Source of the DNA: Candidatus Woesebacteria bacterium RIFCSPHIGHO2_01_FULL_44_10
GTDB lineage: Bacteria > Patescibacteriota > Microgenomatia > UBA8517
Assembly: GCA_001792465.1 (NCBI GenBank)
Contig: MGGO01000031.1
Span: 1,172 to 65,171 of the forward strand
Direction: 5' to 3'
DNA: 64,000 nucleotides
This document shows positions 26,633-36,289 of the stretch, piece by piece. Every line of letters begins with the position of its first letter. The first letter of the stretch is position 1. The position numbers and the translations under genes were made by a program. A model generated the notes under the pieces. The model was not told the origin of the DNA. It searched no databases and worked only from the letters and a program-made list of their open reading frames with translations.

Positions 26633-27449
26633 GCTTGAAGCTAAACTGCCTGGAATCTCCAAACCCCTTATCTCCCGAACTCTTGGGATTGGAGAAAGAA
26701 ATCTTTACAACCAAAATACTAGACAAAAAGAGGCTGATCTGGCCCTAAAAGACCAGATACTCAAGGTTTTGGAACTAAACCCAAGTTATGGTCACAGAAG
26801 AGTCGCTTTAGCCTTGGGGATTGGCAAGAAAAGGACAAGAAGAGTTATGAGGCTGTTTGGTATCAAGCCTTACAAAAGAAAAGCTAGATGGACCAAAAAG
26901 AAGGATTATGGCAATCCACCCTCAGGAATTCCGAACCTTATCAAAGGTTCCTGCCCAGTTAAACCCAATGTTTATTTTGCCGGAGATTTTACAAGGCTAA
27001 TTTGGAATCAAAAGATTATCCATCTGGCCACTTTTATTGATTTATTTACCCGGGAAATTGTGGGCTGGTCAGTTTCCATTAGGCACACATCAGAATTTGT
27101 AATTGAAGCATTTTTAGATGCAGTGAGGAATGCGGGTTTACCTCTAATTGTCCATACCGATCAGGGAAGCGAATACAACTCAAAAGAATACACAAAGTTT
27201 ATGGAAAGCCTGGGAGTTAAGGTAAGTATGTCTGCTAAAGCCAGCCCTTGGGAAAATGGCTACCAAGAATCTTTCTATGACAACTTTAAAACTGATCTAG
27301 GAGCAGAATTTGAAAGGTTTGAGACCATCGGAGAGTTTGTCGAGGCTCTCCATTCAACAATTAACTATTACAACAACCGAAGGATTCACACCAAACTTAA
27401 AACATCTCCTCTCAAATTCAAGCTAGAATTTCTATCCCGTAATATGTAG
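26577..27449 (+). CDS. IS3 transposase OrfB (DDE/rve integrase core). It is expressed as an OrfAB fusion via a -1 frameshift.
   Basis: 'HTDQGSEYNS' marks the DDE region. The C-terminal 'YNNRRIHTKL' matches the conserved IS3 end. Confidence 0.7.
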   Translation: MGYCPLRLQSQKKRQVGRELEAKLPGISKPLISRTLGIGERNLYNQNTRQKEADLALKDQILKVLELNPSYGHRRVALALGIGKKRTRRVMRLFGIKPYKRKARWTKKKDYGNPPSGIPNLIKGSCPVKPNVYFAGDFTRLIWNQKIIHLATFIDLFTREIVGWSVSIRHTSEFVIEAFLDAVRNAGLPLIVHTDQGSEYNSKEYTKFMESLGVKVSMSAKASPWENGYQESFYDNFKTDLGAEFERFETIGEFVEALHSTINYYNNRRIHTKLKTSPLKFKLEFLSRNM

Positions 27450-27473
27450 AAAGTTTTTGCAAAAAAGGGGTAC

Positions 27474-27914
27474 TTGACACACGCGAGTTATCGGGAAAGA
27501 TATAAAGAGTTTTTGAAAATTGACTTTCCTCATATTCCGTATCCAAAAGATAAAAATAGCTTTAAGAAATTGGTTGCATTAGGTACAGAATTACGCTTGC
27601 TACATTTGCTTGAATCTCCGAAAGTAAACCAATTTATAACAACTTATCCTGTTGCTGGATCCAATGTAGTTGAAAAACCAAACTACAAAGATGGCAAAGT
27701 ATTTATTAATGAAAGCCAATATTTCGGAAGTGTTCCAGAAGTTGCATGGAACTTCTGGATTGGCGGTTACCAGCCAGCTCAAAAATGGCTTAAAGACAGA
27801 AAAGACAGAACTCTTACCAATGAAGACATTGAACATTATCAGAAGATGATTGTGGCGTTGGTGGAGACAGAAAGAATTATGAAAGAGATAGACAAAATTC
27901 CAAATGGTTTATAA
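27474..27914 (+). pseudogene. C-terminal fragment of a Type IIG/Type ISP/BREX-PglX-like DNA methyltransferase-restriction protein, truncated by the IS3 insertion
   Basis: 'YFGSVPEVAWNFWIGGYQPAQKWLKDRKDRTLTNEDIEHYQKMIVALVETERIMKEID' is the conserved C-terminal module of MmeI/PglX-like enzymes. The ORF begins inside the IS right end. Confidence 0.5.
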
Positions 27915-27962
27915 GCTGTATGACCTCGCACCGGAAGAAATTGCGATTATGGAGGGTAAAGA

Positions 27963-28970
27963 TTAGTTTCTCTCGGTATATTTATGGTTGTCGCTGAACC
28001 TTTTACAATCTCGACTTGCCTCATCTTTTTTAACCCCTACTTGCATCAGAGGATGAACTAACATCTTTTCTGCGAATTTCCCAAGCTTGACCCCCTGCGT
28101 TTTCGACACTGACTTTGCAAAGCTTATTTTCCCTTGTATTTTGCAGTAGTCATTGGAGGGAATGTATCCTTTCAATGACGCTGTTTCTAAAATTAAATTT
28201 CGTATCTGCTGGATGTGCCCCCTGCCAATTGAAAGCTTTCTGTTAACTGGTATACCTGTGACTTTTTGACTATAGTTTGAAGTTATCACTTTCACCTTTC
28301 GTTTTCTGACTGCATAGCCGTGCTTGACTAGTATTTTGATGATAGGTTCTATTGAGTCGGTAATACTCTTTTTACTGCCTGAAACGGTGATGTCATCAAT
28401 AAAAATGGTAATGTCTAGACCCGCGCTGTCGGCTACGGCTTTTATCTCTCCAAATACGGGTGCGAGTGCAAAGTTGCAAAGCAAAGGACTTGTTGGTGCA
28501 CCCTGGGGCAGTCTGTGTTGAAATGTAGTTAACTTGGTGAGTAGGTTTGCAGTCTTGTACCCGCAGCCAAAATGGTCAATCCACACTTGGTTTATCTGAT
28601 GATAATTCGTGCTGGGAAAACAGTTTTTTATATCGATGACCCCTATACATTCCTTTCCTATATGAATTTTCGCATTTTCGACAATTGACCTACCAGATAT
28701 TCCTCCCGTCATACCATCAGGCAGTCGGCGAATATTTCGATTGAGAATATTTTTAAGTATCCGTTTTTGGAGCGTCTTCAATGGGTGTTGGGGGTTATCT
28801 ATATGCCGCCACTTGTCTGTACCTTTTTTGTGGATATCAAAAGGTTGATAGTAACTACCAGCAGAGGTTGCGATTTTTTGCAACCTATCTCTTTTCGTGC
28901 CCAACAAGTATTCAAGGTATGAAAGCGAAACCAGTGGACGCAATTCTGGGGATTGTTTTTTTGTGCTCAC
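27963..28970 (-). CDS. Retron-type reverse transcriptase
   Basis: 'DIKNCFPS', 'LPQGAPTSPLLCNFAL', 'FIDDITVSG' (an F/YxDD variant) and 'KVTGIPV' (the retron VTG motif). It is collinear with RT-Ec86 over domains 2-7. The size is 335 aa. Confidence 0.7.
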   Translation of the reverse strand: MSTKKQSPELRPLVSLSYLEYLLGTKRDRLQKIATSAGSYYQPFDIHKKGTDKWRHIDNPQHPLKTLQKRILKNILNRNIRRLPDGMTGGISGRSIVENAKIHIGKECIGVIDIKNCFPSTNYHQINQVWIDHFGCGYKTANLLTKLTTFQHRLPQGAPTSPLLCNFALAPVFGEIKAVADSAGLDITIFIDDITVSGSKKSITDSIEPIIKILVKHGYAVRKRKVKVITSNYSQKVTGIPVNRKLSIGRGHIQQIRNLILETASLKGYIPSNDYCKIQGKISFAKSVSKTQGVKLGKFAEKMLVHPLMQVGVKKDEASRDCKRFSDNHKYTERN

Positions 28971-29254
28971 TATTTGTTCTCTAATAAAACATTGAGCAGA
29001 TTTTCGCCTATTTTATCTACACTTTTCTTATCCGAATTTTTAAGAACTTTTTTTTCAGAGGAGAGGAGGACCAGAAGATAAAATGGAACATCCAGCTTTT
29101 TGGCAATTTTTTCCAATACATCAATGCTGGGTGTCCTATCACCTTTCTCTATCCTTGACAAATAGCTATTATCCACGTTGAGAGCCTTAGCAAGGTCTTT
29201 TTGTGTTACACCTTTGGCAGCTCTAATGGTTTTTATTGCTTTTCCGTATTTCAT
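28970..29254 (-). CDS. XRE-family helix-turn-helix protein
   Basis: 'IRAAKGVTQKDLAKALNVDNSYLSRIEKG'. Its stop overlaps the RT start in an ATGA arrangement. Confidence 0.7.
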   Translation of the reverse strand: MKYGKAIKTIRAAKGVTQKDLAKALNVDNSYLSRIEKGDRTPSIDVLEKIAKKLDVPFYLLVLLSSEKKVLKNSDKKSVDKIGENLLNVLLENK

Positions 29255-29316
29255 ATCATCCTTACATAAAAATCTGAGTTTCCTCCGGTTTTTATATAAG
29301 AAATTAAGGATGAAGT

Positions 29317-29511
29317 TTATCGCACTTTCTCCAAAAGTTTCTTACAAATTTTATTAACCGATTCTTTAGCCTTGCGGTGATTTCTCACGCTCAGCGAGTG
29401 GTTAAAATCCTTCAGAGCTTTTTTCAAAAATCGCTCATCTTCTGATCCCAGCACTCCTGACTTAACAAGACTGTTGATAGAATCAACAATTTGTTGAAAT
29501 CGTTTAGCCAT
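29317..29511 (-). CDS. Small basic helical protein (64 aa) of unknown function
   Basis: The ORF has a strong RBS (AAGGAGGTG) 7 nt upstream. It is the first gene of the HTH-RT operon. Confidence 0.4.
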   Translation of the reverse strand: MAKRFQQIVDSINSLVKSGVLGSEDERFLKKALKDFNHSLSVRNHRKAKESVNKICKKLLEKVR

Positions 29512-29519
29512 AATATTTT

Positions 29520-29920
29520 CACCTCCTTAATCTGTAGCTGGCTCCTCTTTAGAAAGAGGACTACGAGTGCCACTCGTCCTCTTTATGAAAGTGTTGGGAT
29601 CTCCTTAATTCTTAAGGTGCCGTTAAGTTAAAGTATCAGCAGGATAGACGCGTGCAACGAAACATTGCATATCACGTTGTCCATTCATGCTCAAATACTC
29701 GCCCCGGCCAAAAAGCAGAGCAAATTATTACTCTGCGACCTTCCTTTCGGAAAATCATCAGTAGCTCGTTTGAGCTGAGCCAGTCGAAACTGACTTGTTA
29801 GGTACGATATGGCGTAAGGTGAAAAATTAATGTGCTAAGGCGGCATCCGCCGTCAGAAAGAATATAACAGCTCGTGTTCACTTTGTCAAATAGTTGTACT
29901 GATAGACAATTTTAGCCTGA
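29520..29920 (-). ncRNA. Candidate structured non-coding RNA (possible retron msr/msd-like region) upstream of the small-ORF/HTH/RT operon
   Basis: About 400 nt without a long ORF. Hairpins are present at 29538-29572 (tcctcttt..aaagaggac-acgag..ctcgt-cctcttt), 29706-29727 (gcagag..ctctgc), 29753-29768 and 29828-29843 (ggcgg..ccgcc). Confidence 0.3.
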
Positions 29921-29921
29921 C

Positions 29922-30716
29922 GTGTTATCATCCAATTACTTCCCTATGACCAATCAAATGGCAGAAAAAATGAATAAATACGGACAAAGAGGAGAGAAGT
30001 ACCGATACATGCCTGGTTCAAAGAAGCCGTTTAGTTTGAGCCGCAGCAAAATTGATCTCTTTTTAGAGTGTCCGCGCTGTTTTTATCTTGACAGAAGGGT
30101 TGGTCTGGGTAGGCCAGGCATGCCAGGCTGGCCTTTGAATAGTGCTGTGGATGAGCTTTTGAAAAAAGAGTTTGATCTGCTTCGAAAAAATGGCGAGGCA
30201 CACGCTATTATGGAAAAGTACAAAATTGACGCTGTTCCCTTTCAACACCCGGATATTGATACCTGGCGAGCAAACTTTACCGGCAGGCGTTTTCTTCACA
30301 AGCCCACCAACCTAGAAGTCTTTGGAGCCGTCGATGATATTTGGGTTAACAGAAAAGGAGAGCTCATTATTGTTGATTACAAAGCAACCTCTACCAGTAA
30401 AGAGATTTCCCTTGACGATGAGTATAAGGAAGGCTACAAAAAACAAATTGAAATTTACCAGTGGATTTACAGGCAAAACGGACACAAGGTGAGTGACACT
30501 GGCTACATAGTATATGCCAATGGGATAAAAGACCGGGACAAGTTTGATGGAATCTTGGAGTTTGAGATGAGCCTTCACCCGCACAAAGGTGATGATTCTT
30601 GGGTTGAGCCAACTATTTACGAAATGAAAAAGTGTCTAGATTCAGACAAAATTCCCGATCCCAATCCAAATTGTGAATTTTGCAAATATCGGGAATTAAT
30701 CAGAAAAGAAGAATGA
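29922..30716 (+). CDS. PD-(D/E)xK nuclease of the Cas4/RecB family with a four-Cys cluster
   Basis: 'VDDIWV...LIIVDYKAT' gives the D..D/EYK core. Cysteines occur at 'CPRCFY' (N-terminal) and 'CEFCKY' (C-terminal). Confidence 0.6.
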   Translation: MLSSNYFPMTNQMAEKMNKYGQRGEKYRYMPGSKKPFSLSRSKIDLFLECPRCFYLDRRVGLGRPGMPGWPLNSAVDELLKKEFDLLRKNGEAHAIMEKYKIDAVPFQHPDIDTWRANFTGRRFLHKPTNLEVFGAVDDIWVNRKGELIIVDYKATSTSKEISLDDEYKEGYKKQIEIYQWIYRQNGHKVSDTGYIVYANGIKDRDKFDGILEFEMSLHPHKGDDSWVEPTIYEMKKCLDSDKIPDPNPNCEFCKYRELIRKEE

Positions 30717-30767
30717 TGAAACAAAATGAGTTAAAATATTTGTTATGTCGGAAATAGACAAGAATAA

Positions 30768-31301
30768 ATGAAAATAAATAAAAACCCTGAAGATAATTAC
30801 AAAATTGAAGAGGCAATTAAATTTTTAGTCCTTTCAGTAGAAAAAACTGGGACAAATCCAAAACCAGTTATAACCCACTCTATTAGGGTTGCTTTTCGAT
30901 TGGATTTCTATGGTTATGGCATGGATGTTATTTTGGCAGCACTCCTTCATGATTTACTTGAGGATACTGTGACTTCTTTAGAAGAAATCGAAGATAAATT
31001 TGGGAAGACGGTTTCGGAGTTGGTATCGGCCAGCACTTTTAACAAAGAAATTGAGGATAAGGAAGAGAGATACAAAACAAGCTTTGATAAAGCTTTGCAA
31101 TCCGGTAGGAATGCTCTGGTAATACGAGCCGCCGACTTACTTGATAATAGTTTCTATTACTCTTTGGTTGACGATCAAAAAGTTTATAATCATTTGCTCG
31201 GAAAGTTATCCTACTTTCTAAAAACAGCCAAAAATAAAATAGGTAAGGAAAAAATATATAAGGATTTGGATGGTAGATTGAAGATACTTAAGAAAAAATG
31301 A
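30768..31301 (+). CDS. HD-domain phosphohydrolase ((p)ppGpp-hydrolase-like)
   Basis: 'HSIRVA' and 'AALLHDLLEDT' are HD motifs. Confidence 0.5.
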   Translation: MKINKNPEDNYKIEEAIKFLVLSVEKTGTNPKPVITHSIRVAFRLDFYGYGMDVILAALLHDLLEDTVTSLEEIEDKFGKTVSELVSASTFNKEIEDKEERYKTSFDKALQSGRNALVIRAADLLDNSFYYSLVDDQKVYNHLLGKLSYFLKTAKNKIGKEKIYKDLDGRLKILKKK

Positions 31302-32521
31302 AAATTCTTTACACAAATAACATAAAATTCCCGGGGGATAGTCCTTTTGAAGTAGTAGAAAGGAAAGGAATTGGTCATCCAGATACAGTCGCAGATGCGG
31401 TTGCCGAAAGAATTTCTGTGGATTATTCAAAATATTGCATTGAACACTTTGGTGCAATTTTACACCACAATGTTGATAAATTTGCCGCCCTTGGAGGTCT
31501 TGTAAATGTTGATTGGGGTAAGGCAGAAATGACCAAGCCTGTGCGGGCTTTGGTAAATGGGCGCATAAGTGGATCCTTCAATAAAAACACAATTCCTCTC
31601 AAAGAAATCTATAAAAAGGCTATTAAAGATCAGCTTGCGATTGCGCTACCTTCTCTGAACACAGACAAATCATTAGAAATAATTGATCACTTTACAACTT
31701 ATTCGAAAAACCCGCGTTGGTTTAATCCCTTGAGTTTAGATGATCTTCCTGACCACTCAAATTTGTTTGCCAACGACACTTCCGCGGTCGTGAGTTATTG
31801 GCCATTGACAAAAAGTGAGCAACTTGTATTGAAACTGGAAGGATATTTCTATGATAAAAATCAAAAACCCAAATTCAAAAACTTCGGTCAAGATATAAAG
31901 GTTATGGTTGTGAGAAGAGAGAATAAATTTGATATTACTCTCTGTGTTCCCTTTTTCTCAAAATATCTCGATGGTCCGGATTCATATTGGACTAAGTTAC
32001 ATGAACTCGAGTCTAAACTTACGAAGTATGCAAGAAGTCTTTTGGATATTGCAGCCACAATTGATCTTAAAGTAAATCCTCATGATCAAAGAAAAAAGGG
32101 CAGCATTGATGCCAAATCCTTTTACTTCGTAGCAGCCGGAGGAGCTTTGGACTATGGTGAAGAAGGAGTCGTGGGTCGCGGGAATAATCGCTTAGGCATA
32201 ATTCCATCGTTCAGACCATATACCATGGAGGCAGCTTGTGGCAAAAATCCCGTTTATCATGTGGGAAAAGTATTGGGGCTTGTGTCAGATGTACTAGCAA
32301 AGGAAATAGCAAAGAAATGCAAATGCAACGTAGAAGTTTGGATTATTACCAGGAATGCAGATCCCCTGTTTGAGCCTAATAATATAATAATAAATACATC
32401 TGAAAAGGTAGATAAACAGAAAATTGAGGGGGTTGTAAAGTCGATTCTTTCCCAAAGAGATTGGACAGATAAAATAATTCGTGAGGGAGTCATTATCCCT
32501 AAAACCGGAAACATGTATTAA
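31298..32521 (+). CDS. Archaeal-type S-adenosylmethionine synthetase
   Basis: '[19 protein letters not shown]'. The length of 407 aa is typical of archaeal/CPR MAT. Confidence 0.7.
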   Translation: MKILYTNNIKFPGDSPFEVVERKGIGHPDTVADAVAERISVDYSKYCIEHFGAILHHNVDKFAALGGLVNVDWGKAEMTKPVRALVNGRISGSFNKNTIPLKEIYKKAIKDQLAIALPSLNTDKSLEIIDHFTTYSKNPRWFNPLSLDDLPDHSNLFANDTSAVVSYWPLTKSEQLVLKLEGYFYDKNQKPKFKNFGQDIKVMVVRRENKFDITLCVPFFSKYLDGPDSYWTKLHELESKLTKYARSLLDIAATIDLKVNPHDQRKKGSIDAKSFYFVAAGGALDYGEEGVVGRGNNRLGIIPSFRPYTMEAACGKNPVYHVGKVLGLVSDVLAKEIAKKCKCNVEVWIITRNADPLFEPNNIIINTSEKVDKQKIEGVVKSILSQRDWTDKIIREGVIIPKTGNMY

Positions 32522-32563
32522 ATCCTCCACAGAATTTGATAATCACGCTCAATCGATGTATTA

Positions 32564-33445
32564 TTGCCCTATAATATGGTAATTACAGCACTAATAGGCT
32601 TGCCTGTCGAACACAGTGTCTCTCCAACGCTATTCTCCATTTATGCCAAATCCTCAGGACTTGAATACTCACACTTAAAAATAGACGTTCGAGCTAAAAA
32701 CTTGAAGAATGCTCTTGAAGCTTCTAAAACGTTGAATTTTAGTGGTCTGAACGTAACTCTGCCTTACAAAATGGACGTAATCAGATATCTGGATCATGTT
32801 GATAAGGAAGCTCTGAAAATAGGTGCCGTTAACACAATCGTAAATAAAAAAGGGAAATTGTATGGATTCAACACAGACTCCTATGGTGCTATAGAATCGA
32901 TAAAAGATCACAGTAAAATTGTTTCGAGGGAAGCGGTTGTTTTGGGTACTGGGGGTGCCGCTAGGGCCTTAGTAGCAGGTTTACTGGCTGGTGGTTGTAC
33001 AAGAGTTGTTGTTGCTTACAGAAGGCCAAAGTCCATCAGAACAAAAGGAATTATGAAGGACTTTAAAGGAAAAGTTGAATTTATCACTTATCACGATAAA
33101 AATCTTATTGAGAAACTGGCTGAGGCTAACATAGTCTGTAATGCTACCAGCTGTGGAATGGCTCCTAAGTCTACTGAGTCACCAATACCTTATGAAACCT
33201 TAAAAGAGGTTTCTCTTAAGGGAGATTTTGCAAAAAAATTGTTTTTCGACGCAATATTTAACCCTTATGAAACTCAGTTTTTGAAAAATGCCAAGAAGCT
33301 GGGGGCAGACATACAAGGAGGTACTGAGATGATGATTTATCAAGGAGTGAGGGCATTTGAACTCTGGACAGGGAAGAAAGTTAGCAGAAAATCTGTAGCG
33401 GAAGCTAAAAAAATGCTAAGAAAACATCTTTTGAAAGTCAAATGA
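32564..33445 (+). CDS. aroE: Shikimate/quinate dehydrogenase (AroE family)
   Basis: 'LIGLPVEHSVSP' and 'VLGTGGAARA'. Confidence 0.7.
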   Translation: MPYNMVITALIGLPVEHSVSPTLFSIYAKSSGLEYSHLKIDVRAKNLKNALEASKTLNFSGLNVTLPYKMDVIRYLDHVDKEALKIGAVNTIVNKKGKLYGFNTDSYGAIESIKDHSKIVSREAVVLGTGGAARALVAGLLAGGCTRVVVAYRRPKSIRTKGIMKDFKGKVEFITYHDKNLIEKLAEANIVCNATSCGMAPKSTESPIPYETLKEVSLKGDFAKKLFFDAIFNPYETQFLKNAKKLGADIQGGTEMMIYQGVRAFELWTGKKVSRKSVAEAKKMLRKHLLKVK

Positions 33446-35274
33446 AAAATAAGATTAACATCTCTATAAATCTTGATGAAATTTCTGATGATTTTGATAA
33501 AGCGGTGAAATTTCTAGTCAAGAATAAAGTCAAATTTGTGGAGATAAGGACAATAAATCGAAAGAACATTGTTGACTTCGATATTGAAGATGTAAAAAAA
33601 GTTGCAGCTGGCCTTTCTAAAAATGACCTGAAAGTCTCTGCGATTGCTTCCCCTCTTTTTAAGTGGTATCTAAACCAAACCGGAGAAAAAATTTTGCACG
33701 ATAATTTTTCATTTAACCCCGCTCTTAACGAAAACCAAAAACGAGAGTATATTTTGAAAACAATCAAAATCGCTAAGATCTTTGGTACGAAAAATGTCCG
33801 AGTATTTTCAAATCTCAAACAGGATGGATTAAAGTCAAAAGATTTATTTAGAGATGTGATGTTTAAATATATGCTTCAGGAATTCTCTAAGGCGAGGATC
33901 GTTCCCCTTTTGGAAAACGAACCAGTATGCTTAATTTCCAAAGCAGATGACTATCTAGTCACATTACAAAAATACGGGAAACAAGGACTTAAAGCATGGT
34001 GGGATATTGCCAACTCATATGACGTGGGCGATCTTGTCGACGGAAATCTCATTAAAAACCTAGCGATTTTTGTAGAATATCTCCATGTTAAAGACAAGGT
34101 ATCAAGAATTGAGAAAACATATGTTCCACTAGGAAAAGGATATATCAACTATAAAAGAATATTTTCAGATCTACTACCTGTTATCGAAAAGGATATCTTT
34201 TCCAGCATTGAAACCCATGTTCATTCAGACAAAGTTCAGGCAACGAAAACATCTTTAGATCATCTAAATGGTCTCTTAAACCAAAAAAGAGCTGCATACG
34301 CCATTGTTGGTGCCGGAAGGATTTCGAAGAAACACTCTCTGGCCATCAAAGAGAATATAAATTCAGAACTAAGGGGAGTATTTGATATAGATCGTAAAAA
34401 AGCGGAATCTTTTGCATCGGAAAGCGATGTTAAAAATTATCAGAATTTAAACGATCTTCTTTCAGACCAAAAAGTTGAAGTAGTTGATATCTGCACCCCT
34501 CATCATACACATATAAAAATTGCACAGAAAGTTATTGCCGTCAATAAGATCGTTCTTTCGGAAAAACCATTTTCTATTAACTCTAAAGGATTGGAGGAAT
34601 ACCTAAAGGACAACAAATCTGCCGGAAATACGTATGTCGTATTTCAAAATTTATTTAATAAACCAGTACAGCAATTTATTGACAATTTTAGAAAAGGTAA
34701 ATTTGGGAAAATACAATTTTTTGCTGCGAATATCAGGTGGAGTCGAGACGATGATTACTTTAAAGATTGGCATGGAAAAATCCGATTTTCAGGGGGATCA
34801 CTTTTCAATCAAGCAATTCATTCAATACAACTCTTACTCCTCTTGTTGGGAAACCAGACAAAAAATGTTTCCTATCAAAAAAGAACAGTTAGAAAAGGTT
34901 CTGAAGTGGAAGATATCGGAAATGCAGTTATTAATTTGAAAAACGGGGCTTTCGGATATCTGGAATTATGCTTGGTTAATAAAGGAGAAAATTTAGAATC
35001 CTCATTTTATTTATCTGGTACAAAAGGTTCAATGAAGATAGACGGTAAAGCTCTTAATAGCCTTGTTTATGAGTATTTTGATAGTGAAAAAAACAAACGT
35101 GTTTATGGAGGCAAGAGCATAAGCGATATTTATGGCAACGGCCACAAAATTCTTATCAAAACCCTGAGTGACAAAATTCTGGGCAAAAAAGATGTAAACC
35201 AGAAATATTTGATTAAAGCAAAGGATGTTCTGCCCGTTATTAGATTCATAGAAAAATTATATGGAAACTCTTAA
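33442..35274 (+). CDS. Fusion protein: N-terminal xylose-isomerase-like TIM barrel (sugar-phosphate isomerase/epimerase) and C-terminal Gfo/Idh/MocA oxidoreductase
   Basis: 'AYAIVGAGRISKKH' is the Rossmann N-terminus of the second half. The first half resembles a TIM barrel. 610 aa in total. Confidence 0.4.
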   Translation: MKNKINISINLDEISDDFDKAVKFLVKNKVKFVEIRTINRKNIVDFDIEDVKKVAAGLSKNDLKVSAIASPLFKWYLNQTGEKILHDNFSFNPALNENQKREYILKTIKIAKIFGTKNVRVFSNLKQDGLKSKDLFRDVMFKYMLQEFSKARIVPLLENEPVCLISKADDYLVTLQKYGKQGLKAWWDIANSYDVGDLVDGNLIKNLAIFVEYLHVKDKVSRIEKTYVPLGKGYINYKRIFSDLLPVIEKDIFSSIETHVHSDKVQATKTSLDHLNGLLNQKRAAYAIVGAGRISKKHSLAIKENINSELRGVFDIDRKKAESFASESDVKNYQNLNDLLSDQKVEVVDICTPHHTHIKIAQKVIAVNKIVLSEKPFSINSKGLEEYLKDNKSAGNTYVVFQNLFNKPVQQFIDNFRKGKFGKIQFFAANIRWSRDDDYFKDWHGKIRFSGGSLFNQAIHSIQLLLLLLGNQTKNVSYQKRTVRKGSEVEDIGNAVINLKNGAFGYLELCLVNKGENLESSFYLSGTKGSMKIDGKALNSLVYEYFDSEKNKRVYGGKSISDIYGNGHKILIKTLSDKILGKKDVNQKYLIKAKDVLPVIRFIEKLYGNS

Positions 35275-36289
35275 TAGGGCAGGTATAACTGAAAAACTAT
35301 CGGCTAGTTACTATTTAGGTAGCGGTGTTACGGGTTTGGTGCCTTTTGAAGTAATTGCCACCAAATCTTTGGATGAAGGATCAAAATTACCTTCTTCATT
35401 CGAAGTGGTAAGAGATAGTCATTCATCATCTCTATTTTTAGCAAGTAGTGAGACTCATAAAAAACCGGGTGATGATAGCGTGTTATTTATTCTCAAAGAC
35501 GATTCGGGACAGTCTCAAATCGAAGTTGTCTCTCCAGATTTATTTATAATAAACGGCCCCATAGATTCTGAGGGCTTTCAAGACCGTCTGCCGTACCTAT
35601 TTTATAATCTTGCCGAGAGGGCTAGGCAGGAAAAATTTGAATTGCTGACAGCACACGCTGCAGCAGTGTCCAAAGACGGAAGAGGAATACTAATACTTGG
35701 CGATAAAGGTTCAGGTAAAACTTCAATTATGTTGGCTCTGTGTTTAACTCAAGGCTACGAAATGGTTGGGAACGACTCTGTAATTTTAGGAACTCAAAGA
35801 GAATTATCAGTAATGGCAGGTAGTCGGCAAATTAATGTAAGGCTCCCTGTTGCAAAAAAACTTTCCCTACCGCTAAATGAAGAACTAAGAAAAGAGGATC
35901 AAATCGATTACGAAATAAAATCATCGTTTTTGCCTGAGGACTTAGGAATTAAAGCCAACGAATCGAGTAATCCAATATCTATGGTTGTGAGAATAAATCT
36001 ACACTCTGATAATCCCGACTTTGTTGCAACAAATATTCCATCACTTGAGATTGAGGCATTAAGACTGAGTGAAAATTTCTCCAGGTATATTCGTGGAATA
36101 CCTACTCCCTTAGAACTTTCCAGTACGGGAATACGCGGATATTTTCCTGATTTAGATTCTCCAGAATTGACCGAAACCAGAAATAACGTGGTTAATGCTC
36201 TATTGACACAGACAACCTATCTATATGTTGCAGGCAACGATCCAACACACACGGCCCAACAACTTGATGCCATAATTAAGAAATTATGA
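35261..36289 (+). CDS. P-loop protein with an HPr-kinase C-domain-like motif
   Basis: 'GRGILILGDKGSGKTSIMLAL'. Confidence 0.35.
   Translation: METLNRAGITEKLSASYYLGSGVTGLVPFEVIATKSLDEGSKLPSSFEVVRDSHSSSLFLASSETHKKPGDDSVLFILKDDSGQSQIEVVSPDLFIINGPIDSEGFQDRLPYLFYNLAERARQEKFELLTAHAAAVSKDGRGILILGDKGSGKTSIMLALCLTQGYEMVGNDSVILGTQRELSVMAGSRQINVRLPVAKKLSLPLNEELRKEDQIDYEIKSSFLPEDLGIKANESSNPISMVVRINLHSDNPDFVATNIPSLEIEALRLSENFSRYIRGIPTPLELSSTGIRGYFPDLDSPELTETRNNVVNALLTQTTYLYVAGNDPTHTAQQLDAIIKKL

Larger units (their letters stand above)
26304..27482 (+). mobile_element. IS3-family insertion sequence with orfA/orfB joined by a -1 frameshift
   Basis: Imperfect terminal inverted repeats: left 'TGGACAGGTACCCCTTAAAATGCAA' and right 'TTGCAAAAAAGGGGTACTTGACA'. 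The slippery A9G run is at 26618-26627. Confidence 0.7.

Noticed and set aside
27963-28970. Group II intron-encoded RT/maturase
   Set aside because: At 335 aa the protein has no maturase (X) or endonuclease domain and no group II intron domain V/VI RNA signatures nearby. Its motifs and size fit retron RTs.
29922-30716. CRISPR-Cas locus implied by the Cas4-like nuclease
   Set aside because: No repeat-spacer array or other cas genes are visible anywhere in the window.
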